From the IMG/VR virus record IMGVR_UViG_3300006620_000015: a stretch of DNA of 63,783 nucleotides. One strand, written 5' to 3'. This document shows, in pieces, positions 54,201 to 62,200 of this stretch (its first letter is position 1; each line of letters begins with the position of its first letter). The notes under the pieces are model-generated. The model had not been told where the DNA came from. It made no database searches and saw nothing but the letters and a program-made list of their open reading frames with translations. This DNA is from an uncultured virus (IMG/VR IMGVR_UViG_3300006620_000015) (lineage: Duplodnaviria > Heunggongvirae > Uroviricota > Caudoviricetes). Position numbers and translations under genes: made by a program.

Positions 54201-57183
54201 CAACTGTAACTGCGGCATCTGGGTCAAAATTATGATTATCTTTATCAAGGTCAGGATAAATCTTAGAGACATCTTGAGAATACTTCAAGAAACCAAATGT
54301 GTTATCTGAAGAGTTGAACTGATCTCCTGTAGGTGCAATGTCAGCAAGAAGAATAGTCAGATAGTAAATACCATCCTGCTCACCAGGAATATGTCTTAGA
54401 ATAGTATCAGATCTATAGATGAAGTAAATTCTATTAAACGGAGCAGTTTGATTAGTGTTAGAATTAGTATTATAAGGTTCAACTACATTACTTGCATCGG
54501 TTCTTCTTGCAATAACATAACCAACGATAGGAGGTCTCGCATTAAGTTCAGTCTTAGGAATGACATAACGCATACGATAAGTTCTATCAGCTAACTGTCT
54601 ATTGTCAGCAACTCTTTTGAAGAAAATATTCTCCGTATTTGTTAGAGCAATATTATCGTAGATACTATTTGGATTAGTAAGAACTGGATGGACACTATTG
54701 TTTGCATTTGATTTTACAGCAAGATACCAGTTTTCTTGCACTGGATCATATCTCAGTGGAGATTTCTGAATATTTCTGTAAACTTTGATTTGACTTACAT
54801 CTCCTGGTGCATCAACGTTAATCTCAATACCATTGTTTGCATTTGATTCAGTATCAGAAATCTTAAATGTATAAGCATCTACAACATACACAAAATATTC
54901 AGTAGTTAAACTAAGAGACTGTACTGATCCACTCTGCTGAATCTGAGGAAGTTGTCCCGTAGTTTTAACATCTGCAATTACTCTGCGGCGGAAGAATACT
55001 TTATCGCCAGTAGAGAAACCATGTGGGAAAGTGCCTGTTGAAAATGTCTCAGTGCTTGAATTTACTTCAACATCAAATCTTGGAAGTTCTGGATTTGTAT
55101 CAGAAACAAATGCTTTTACTATGAGAGAAGATCCTAAAGCTTTAATAGATCTAAGGTTTACAATACTATTATTGGCAAGAGGATTAGAGGAATCCGCACC
55201 AGATCTAGCATCTTCTTCTGAAGGTGCAATTTTAAATGATGTATTATTTACCTTAATAGCATAATAAAGTCTATTAGACTCCATGCCTAATGGTAGATAA
55301 CCTGTGCTACTGTAAATTCTGATAGGAGTAGCAGTCTCAAATTCATTTGTACCTGCTGTGGTAAACGTATTGCTAGCAGTATCTACATTAGTAATATCAT
55401 GCTCTTCAATACCACTAGGATCAATTTCTGCTTCATATCTATCTAAACTATTAGTAACAGGATTACTGAGTTTTACATAAATCCTGTCGCCAATTTTACC
55501 ACCAATTTTATAGTCGTTAATGTTGAAAATTGGTGCCTCAGATGCATCTTTCTGCTCAAACAAATATAATTTAGTGCCAGTGGTATTAGCAGCTAAACCT
55601 GCCTTACTCCTTTGAACATCTAATGGATAATACTGAACGTCACTTTCAATCGTTGATAATGCCTGGGGTGGAACAATGTGAGTAATCTCACCTTTCTTAT
55701 CAAGTGTAAATGAGTCAGGACGGAAACCATCAGCAATCAGTGCTTGTGTACCAAAGTTAGAGTTGGAGTTGGTGATAGAATAGTCACCACCACTTTCAAT
55801 CAAGTGCTGCTCAGCATATCCAACGGCGAACACCGAAACTGACTGAATGAACGCATTATTAGATACACGAATGTGATAGTGTCTCCAACCAGTAGAAGCA
55901 TCACCACGATAATATACACCTCTAGTAGAATCTTGGTGCAGAGCAACAGCGTCTGTAGAACCACCTTCCAATACAAAACTGGGGTGAGGTTGTGTTTCTT
56001 CAGTGAATTTAACAAACGCACGATCATCCTTTTGAAGTGAAACGCCCGTAAACTGAGCAACAACCATGGACTTAAATCCACTGACTCTGCTACCATCCGC
56101 CCACAGACCACAAAGACCATAAGTAGATCTCAGTGAACAGTTAAAGATATATGGTGAGGATGAGTCAACAGTATCAATCTCAGCCTTAACAATGGCATTA
56201 GTAATCGCAGAAGATGGAACACTACCTGGAGTTAAACCATTCTTAGTAATTACTAATTCAGTATCATTATTAACCCTAGTAACATAATAAGTTCCATTCA
56301 AATCAGTATATGAACCAGTAACATTCTCAATGGTGATTTGCTGTCCTTCAAATACTTCATGAGGACCATCAGTTACAATAGTAATCAGTGCGCCAGAAAC
56401 ACTTGCCGAAGAAATTTCTTTCTGACCTGCCTGTTGCAGAGGACCAACAATTCTGTTCTCTTGGGTTCTTGATTCTAACTCACCAGGAGTTGTAGGAATA
56501 GATGCAAATGCTCTAGATGCTTTTGCATAGAAAAGATCTAGATCACTCTGGTCAGCATATGTAAAACAAGTAACTTTATGGTGAGAGTAGTTAGAGTTTA
56601 CAATAGAAGTGCTGCTAGGATCAGAATAAACACCACCATTACCAGAAACATCAGATGTAGGAAGAGCATCAAACAGCGAGAACTGCCAGAAATAACACGC
56701 ACCAGTTACTTTGAAGATTGATGTTCTGTCAATAGAATCATCAGCAGGGTTAGGAACATAACGAGGACGGACTCTAGTCTTTCTCAAGTCCATACCAACT
56801 AGAGAAGTACCTCTAGGTACAACTAATCCACCTATAGTGGAGTTAAACTTAACAAGATCGTTAGCAGGATCTAGAATGTCAAAGTTAGATTGATCTGATA
56901 ATTCAGGAACCTCGGCGGTATTTGCTTTACCAGGACGGTTATCAATGATATACTCACCAGGAGACAAGTTGATCGTAAACTGATCATACTTGTCATTATT
57001 TTGACCCTGGATATATGAAAATCTTGCAACTTCCAACAGAGCACGCTGGATAGTCTTAAACGGTCTCGTAGGAGAGTTGCCGTTATTTGAAATCAAATCT
57101 GACGCATTAAAATCGTCAGGGTTTACATATAACATTCTTCCAGTTCTGGAAGCAATCAAGTTAGTTAATCTGGTTAATGCCAT
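51205..57183 (-). CDS. Long tail-fibre-like structural protein with C-terminal tail-collar domain
   Basis: 1992 aa; YVNPDDFNASD...GNSPTRPFKTIQRALLE start, fibre modules, LPIASVIMY...GYAPCDG...TPDLRGRFV, PPWYALTFIMKL end; ATAAATA at 57217-57223. Confidence 0.8.
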   Translation of the reverse strand: MALTRLTNLIASRTGRMLYVNPDDFNASDLISNNGNSPTRPFKTIQRALLEVARFSYIQGQNNDKYDQFTINLSPGEYIIDNRPGKANTAEVPELSDQSNFDILDPANDLVKFNSTIGGLVVPRGTSLVGMDLRKTRVRPRYVPNPADDSIDRTSIFKVTGACYFWQFSLFDALPTSDVSGNGGVYSDPSSTSIVNSNYSHHKVTCFTYADQSDLDLFYAKASRAFASIPTTPGELESRTQENRIVGPLQQAGQKEISSASVSGALITIVTDGPHEVFEGQQITIENVTGSYTDLNGTYYVTRVNNDTELVITKNGLTPGSVPSSAITNAIVKAEIDTVDSSSPYIFNCSLRSTYGLCGLWADGSRVSGFKSMVVAQFTGVSLQKDDRAFVKFTEETQPHPSFVLEGGSTDAVALHQDSTRGVYYRGDASTGWRHYHIRVSNNAFIQSVSVFAVGYAEQHLIESGGDYSITNSNSNFGTQALIADGFRPDSFTLDKKGEITHIVPPQALSTIESDVQYYPLDVQRSKAGLAANTTGTKLYLFEQKDASEAPIFNINDYKIGGKIGDRIYVKLSNPVTNSLDRYEAEIDPSGIEEHDITNVDTASNTFTTAGTNEFETATPIRIYSSTGYLPLGMESNRLYYAIKVNNTSFKIAPSEEDARSGADSSNPLANNSIVNLRSIKALGSSLIVKAFVSDTNPELPRFDVEVNSSTETFSTGTFPHGFSTGDKVFFRRRVIADVKTTGQLPQIQQSGSVQSLSLTTEYFVYVVDAYTFKISDTESNANNGIEINVDAPGDVSQIKVYRNIQKSPLRYDPVQENWYLAVKSNANNSVHPVLTNPNSIYDNIALTNTENIFFKRVADNRQLADRTYRMRYVIPKTELNARPPIVGYVIARRTDASNVVEPYNTNSNTNQTAPFNRIYFIYRSDTILRHIPGEQDGIYYLTILLADIAPTGDQFNSSDNTFGFLKYSQDVSKIYPDLDKDNHNFDPDAAVTVADNLVHGLVYQNDDRSSITKEAITEFISDAGYAPALNSLTGKATSGQENRLIAFNSNSPGVAIELRRTSQVRAGNQTFEYTGFGSGNYSTGFPSKQEIVLTDKEVLYSQSQRRRAGVVFYSGLNAYGDLYVGNQKINAITGEVEILDKPILRVAGSAVAVNEEYVPYVAGGKNVYIEGNLATDGGSGNDLPNSFNNLSKFGEGAEISNRDDSNRALISHDLCLRQKVSDVAASFSNGANKQIALSIGNTKPTPGIEGEFPGDIRYKSKINRKSRHEGYIYVGGDASETDAAKPLVGDYRQIGLIGVGHLTSIEESHVQAPNFASDLPEPYVTTGKFGINQTEPTASLHVGTGNVLFDNDLTVTGDVTINGGDLKTSASTFNYTDTSTTVNFATSAVTMNVAASNATAAGRSGGTSITNLKSDKLKIFSDIELHGQYDSTTADSGPKTLEISTTAETTNFLTIPSSVNFSSASMNAFTGATNISIGNTTGTTTVNHNLTVTGNLTVNGTTTYVNTEIVDLTDAVISVGGGGSGAETPASAVNKDRGIELRYYTNRTGTGSAESGFMGFDTSLFKYIFKTGLTKENLAGQPELPVSTGDYATVRVGKLESTGDIEAYDGYVEMQRIKLTPVEGAPNKLSYTTLGNEFNNEMQEAVMKHALPIASVIMYSTSADTSAASTGHTTVIPRGYAPCDGGTYTSRKGINITTPDLRGRFVLAQSYSSAAGAANLVTAPPTQTLVNAGGGDGNGTMGTISENQKGGHKYKDTENATDMNGTSWSIAIDTSSFTIDSHELTRPQLPKHRHGMRHGHNAAELESVSFAFTENTETVTVTGAGQHAHSMDGSQWDHDHDVRGGGTDDDGGDHVPGGDSGSNFEDRGGTNPIEKIFFAQERPQGFVTAANEGNHGHTATIGSRDILQHLNGITAAIPISGGINNYGGDRDGYTGGSTSNNGYDNDCNDDDKGQGHNHGTSGTLPINNKNHKHQILGVAPPWYALTFIMKL

Positions 57184-57227
57184 CTGAAGTTATTATACAA
57201 AATGGTTCTTCTGGGTTATTTATCTAT

Positions 57228-57258
57228 AAAAAAAGATCAGGTACAAAGTACCTGATCT
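57228..57258 (-). terminator. Strong intrinsic terminator
   Basis: AGATCAGGTAC-TTT-GTACCTGATCT (11-bp perfect stem) followed by T6. Confidence 0.9.
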
Positions 57259-57280
57259 CTAACACTTCCTTCACACGGAA
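57228..57280 (-). ncRNA. Candidate ~50-nt small RNA
   Basis: Bounded by a promoter (57286-57314) and the terminator; no ORF inside; 5' UUCC-GUGUGAA-GGAA-GU. Confidence 0.55.
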
Positions 57281-57285
57281 ATTAA

Positions 57286-57314
57286 ATTTTATCACTCATT
57301 TTGCATTGTGTCAA
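57286..57314 (-). promoter_or_regulatory. Sigma70 promoter TTGACA-N17-TAAAAT with extended TG
   Basis: tgtcaa at 57309-57314; TGA-TAAAAT at 57286-57294. Confidence 0.75.
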
Positions 57315-57462
57315 GCATGTATTCTACTGTGTTGGCGACATCATCCATAGCGTCACGCAAGAACGGTTGTTGACCAGATTCTTGCAGCATATCATCTTTT
57401 TCGTTTGTGAGAGTCCATCGCCACTGTCTTGTGGGTTGTGAGTACCAGAGATTGATTTTCAT
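57292..57462 (-). CDS. Small conserved cyanophage protein (56 aa)
   Basis: MKINLWYSQPTRQWRWTLT...QESGQQPFLRDAMDDVANTVEY; ATGA-coupled. Confidence 0.75.
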   Translation of the reverse strand: MKINLWYSQPTRQWRWTLTNEKDDMLQESGQQPFLRDAMDDVANTVEYMLDTMQNE

Positions 57463-57719
57463 TCGGGTAAAGTGCTTTCGGGATCTAATTCTATACCGCT
57501 CAACATTGGGTGTAAACCTTCTTCCAACAAATATGCAGACTTCTGATGAATTAGTTCAATGGAAACTGTAGGAGAACCTATCACTTCTGCTAAAACTGCC
57601 TCATCATTCTGAGTTTCACCATCCAAAGAGTCAAACGTAAAAGGAATACCATTGAGAAAGTATGCCTTTACAATCCCTTCTTCATCGGTGATGACATGTT
57701 TAGCGGTTACTTTATACAT
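57459..57719 (-). CDS. Conserved hypothetical protein
   Basis: YFLNGIPFTFD...SAYLLEEGLHP. Confidence 0.7.
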   Translation of the reverse strand: MYKVTAKHVITDEEGIVKAYFLNGIPFTFDSLDGETQNDEAVLAEVIGSPTVSIELIHQKSAYLLEEGLHPMLSGIELDPESTLPE

Positions 57720-57720
57720 A

Positions 57721-58053
57721 TTAGCGTTTGATACATTTTAGGTTGTAATCTCTCGCCTTGAGTGCCTCAATCATATGCATCATCGCCACTTCTGGATTCG
57801 TGTCCCCACATGTAAAAACATCTAGGGCGGCAGACCCTCGCTCGGGCCAAGTGTGGATACTGATGTGACTCTCAGAGAGTAATGCTACTATAGTAACACC
57901 TTGTGGTTCAAACTTATGGGATGAAATATCCAATAAGGTTAAACTAGTTTTATTTAGAGATTCAATAATCTGCTCTTTTAAATAGTTTTCATCATCAAGA
58001 AGTTCACGGGGGCATTCATACACCTCCGTGAAACAATGTTTACCAAGTGTCAT
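57721..58053 (-). CDS. speD: S-adenosylmethionine decarboxylase proenzyme (pyruvoyl-dependent)
   Basis: HKFEPQGVT..LLSESHISIHTWPE...DVFTCG. Confidence 0.92.
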   Translation of the reverse strand: MTLGKHCFTEVYECPRELLDDENYLKEQIIESLNKTSLTLLDISSHKFEPQGVTIVALLSESHISIHTWPERGSAALDVFTCGDTNPEVAMMHMIEALKARDYNLKCIKR

Positions 58054-59246
58054 TAATTCAATCTAATAATAAGAGCAGTACCTGCAATTTCCTTCGTGGC
58101 GACCATTGAGATCATGCCCATGGCACCAGTTGCCTGCATAGCAATAGAACCACCTAAATTTTGCAGAAGAATTGTATTAGTTGGTGTAGGACCATTCTGA
58201 ATACCAATACTACCAACTGCTGTTGCCTGAATAACACAATCACCTTTTACGAGAGATCCAGCAGACCATGCTGTTAGTCCTGGGGCAGCAGTACCAATCT
58301 GAGTATATGAATTACCCATAGGAATATCAACGAAGTCTTGAGAATATTGTAGAATAGGATCCATGTATAAAGTTGATGTTCTGGATCCTACGACTTCATA
58401 TTTCAATGCTTCCATAGGCATTTCCAAGAACAATGGTCCAACTTTTTTGAGTGGATTATTATTGACCTTAACTTTCATCTTGCCATCAACCTCAAGAATA
58501 TAGTCATGACCAACTTTATGATGAAGTGTGCCTTGAGTTTCATGAGTAGTAATATGAGCTCCTGGTCCCAAAGCAGAGGGTTCCAGAATGTTCATCTTCT
58601 GTTCCTGAATTACTTCACCATAATTCTCCTCCATCTTGCTGCCAGTAACAGTTTCCTTAAAACTAGTTGTAGAAAGTTCATACTGACCAGTGGAGATACT
58701 CAGTTTACCACTGCCAATACTCTTTGTCAAACCAAATGGTACGGGATCCTGACTTCCTGTGTTCAAACTAATCTGTTCTGCTGCTTTTAGTTTGATGCTA
58801 CCACCTGCATTCAGTTCAATATCTTTGGCAGAAGAAATATAAATCCCTCCCTTACCATTAGATTGAATGCATATATCACCAGGACCAAAGATCTCAACAC
58901 TTTTTTCTTCATCAGCACCACCTTCACCGCCACCAGTAACTCTATGACCTTCAGCAATTAATTTAATGTTATGCCCAGACTTAAAGTGCATATACCCTGT
59001 TGACTTAACATCAAGGTATCCCTCAGTGGGAGTCATATCCGCACTTCTGGCGTTAATTAAAACTGCACCATTTTCCTGCCAACGAACAAATGAGCCACGA
59101 TAGTGGCGCATCTCATAGTTCCTATCGTCAGGACCACATGTTTCTCTAATGGTAAAGGAACTATCAGTGATAGTTTCCCTTACCTCATTCATTTCCTCCG
59201 TAATTTTGGAGGATTCTTGTTCAAGGGACTGTTTGGTATCTAACAT
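58053..59246 (-). CDS. Baseplate spike / gp5 C-terminal-like beta-rich protein
   Basis: 397 aa with repetitive I.I.A.KDI.LNAGG.I.L.A...I.LN beta-solenoid-like pattern; follows the hub gene. Confidence 0.55.
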   Translation of the reverse strand: MLDTKQSLEQESSKITEEMNEVRETITDSSFTIRETCGPDDRNYEMRHYRGSFVRWQENGAVLINARSADMTPTEGYLDVKSTGYMHFKSGHNIKLIAEGHRVTGGGEGGADEEKSVEIFGPGDICIQSNGKGGIYISSAKDIELNAGGSIKLKAAEQISLNTGSQDPVPFGLTKSIGSGKLSISTGQYELSTTSFKETVTGSKMEENYGEVIQEQKMNILEPSALGPGAHITTHETQGTLHHKVGHDYILEVDGKMKVKVNNNPLKKVGPLFLEMPMEALKYEVVGSRTSTLYMDPILQYSQDFVDIPMGNSYTQIGTAAPGLTAWSAGSLVKGDCVIQATAVGSIGIQNGPTPTNTILLQNLGGSIAMQATGAMGMISMVATKEIAGTALIIRLN

Positions 59247-59247
59247 T

Positions 59248-62200
59248 TTATGGGCAATCTACGACGAACACGGTTCCGATTGTACTCTCGTTGTATTTAT
59301 TGACAACTCTGAGATAGCGGTCAGCAACTTCGTCACAAGGAACAAATTCAATAACTGGTTGAGCAGATCCGCCGAATCCATTAGCACCTCTAATTCTAAT
59401 ATCAGGAAGTTGATCATAAATTATGTTTTGTGGGTTAGTAATTCTAATCTCGGCAAGTTTTCCATCTTGAATAGCAGCAAATGCTATGGTTGGATCACCA
59501 TTAACATAAACAGTAGGTGAAGACTCATAGTAACCACCAACGTTGGTAAGAAGAATCTCAGTAAGAATTCCACATTCACCAGCTTCATCGATGTTTGGAG
59601 TATAACCAATACCTTTAGATTTTACCACAATATTGACTAAACATCCATGCTCGTCTAGCTCTGATTTAGCAATAGCACCCGTTCCAAGACCACTAATAGC
59701 AACCAGAGGAGGTTGCTTATATCGTACCCTACAATCTCTCAATTCATCGGGGATAGGAACGCTAACAACACCACCACGTCTGTCAACAACAACTGGTGTG
59801 CTAGGAGGACGATCTGGATCAGTAATGGTATCTTCTTCATCATCGTCATCATCTTCGGGTACACACTTACCGTCAACACATATTTGACCTGAAGGACAAT
59901 CAGAGTCTACGGTACATGCCTTTACGCACTTACCATCAACACACACATATCCTTCGGGGCAGTCCTTGTCTAATGAACATGGCACTACACACTTACCATC
60001 AACACATATTTGACCCTCAGGACAATCATCATCTATCTTACATTCATCAGGATCTGGTTTCTTTGGATCGGGATCGGGATCGGGATCATCATCATCAGGA
60101 TCATCAGGAGGATCAATAATCTCATCATCTTTGACACACTTGCCATTAAGACAAACATATCCTTTAGGGCAGTCCGCATTCACTGTGCATTCTGGAGCAG
60201 GATCAGGAACACATTCACCATTGATACATATCTGACCTTCAGGACAGTCCTTATCTACTGTACATTCAACAACAGGAACAAGATCATCATCTGGACAGAA
60301 ATATTCTTTATTAGTTTTATCCACCCAGTATCCTACTTTCCCCTTCATGTATGTCAGAGAGTTTGGATCTTCAAACAACATTTTTCTTACGATGGTGCAA
60401 TCATCATCAGGATCATCATCAGGAACATCTTCAGGAATATCTTTTTTATCAGTGGGTTCAACAATATCACACAATCCAGCTGAAGGTGGAACAGAGAAGT
60501 CAACCGTAAGAAGTTTTACAAGTTCTCCCATAGCACTGAAAGAATATCCACCCTGATCTGGGAATGATAATTCGTTCCCAACAGCATAGTTTTCGCCAGC
60601 ATTTAGAATCTGTAGAATTGTATATCTTGTATTGTTAGGATTACCACCAGCACCTGGGAATGCCTCAAATCTTGCCCTTACTCTAAGACCTGTGCCATCA
60701 CCACCTACTAAATCAAAGTCACCTTGATAGAAGTCTTGTAGGTTAGCCCAGTTAAAAGCTGAACCATAATTATGCTGTGCAAATTCACCAGCTGCTTTTG
60801 GATAAAAACCTGCCTCAAAATCATTGATCCGCTTAGTCTTGATAATAGATTCATTACCAGTAACCTTCATAATGGTTAATCTAGCATTTTCATCAAATCC
60901 ATTAACTATTCTATCATCCCACTTAACTACCTGACCATTTGAAATTACTTTTGGTGGTTTCATTCCAGGGGCACCAGAAGCATTATCAGATTGTCCTTTA
61001 TATTGGAACAAATAAGTCTGACCAGCATTTACAAATATGGTTTTTTCTAGAGATCCCTTTTCCTTTTTCTGTTTGAAAGTTTTACCTGCAACATGAAGTT
61101 CACCAACTGCCAGACCAGATCTGTCGGGATCATCATCCCACTCAAATCTTAATTTGACAGAACCTTGTCCAACATCACCACTAATCTTTATACCAGTTCC
61201 ATCATCAAGGAACTTAGCAGTAAGTTCTTCACCAGGAACACTTTCTGCGGTCATTCTGGGTTTATAATTCTCATATAATTCAAATGATGCACCAAGACCA
61301 GCAGGAGTAGCATCTGTGTCACTATATGAGATCACATCTCCATCATCAAGTGTTCCAGCAGGAGCACAATTCACAGTGCTAGAATATACACCGTCCTTTG
61401 TAATTCCAACATATGTTGGTTTGGTTGTATATGTAAGTACGGGAGTAAATGCTGACGGAGTTGAAGGTGTTCCAGTAATAGTACAGCGATAATACTCCTC
61501 ATCCATAATCAAATAAGATGGTTGAGCAACTTTTAATCTATTCGTTGTGGCACCAGAATATGAAATACTAGCAGACTGTGCAACAGTAGATGTTGACCAC
61601 TTATCAAGAGTGGTTCCTGAGACAGTAATACTAGAGGGACCGAAAGTAGTTACTTTTTCATTAATAGTTTCATTTCTAGCACCATCAGCAACAGCAGTCC
61701 ATGTGCCAGAAGGATCATAAGTTCTCTGCCATTCATAGGATAATGTATAACCAGGAACACTTGTTTTAGCAATAAATCCAATATTTAAAGGAATCCCTTC
61801 CTCTTGCACCAAACAAGTAATAGGTTCAGATGACAATAGAATTTCAGCTTCACATATAGGCGATGGTTTGAAGTTCGTGGAGAAATTAATAACTACTTGT
61901 CTCTCTATACCTTCACCTACTTTGGTAGTTCCATTTTTCTTTCCAAGTCCACCTAAATTTGATCCTGTTCCTTCTGGAAGTAATTCATCAGTAAATTTAA
62001 CTTTAAATGTTTTTGTGGCATTAATAAGTCCACCATCAGTATAAGTTGGAATAGAGAAAATCTTTTTATTCTCTCCTGGACCAAATGTAAGAATACCTTC
62101 TCCACCCATATAATGAGTACCCTCTTCCGCAGGGAAAGTTAAAGTGTTATCTTGAATTGTCTCACATTTAACTCTAGTGGTAAAATCCACTACAGGAGTA

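Noticed and set aside
26161..59246. Baseplate module split by the early region as a novel rearrangement
   Set aside because: Separation of gp5 from gp25-gp6-gp7-gp8 by accessory genes is, to my knowledge, usual in T4-like cyanophages.
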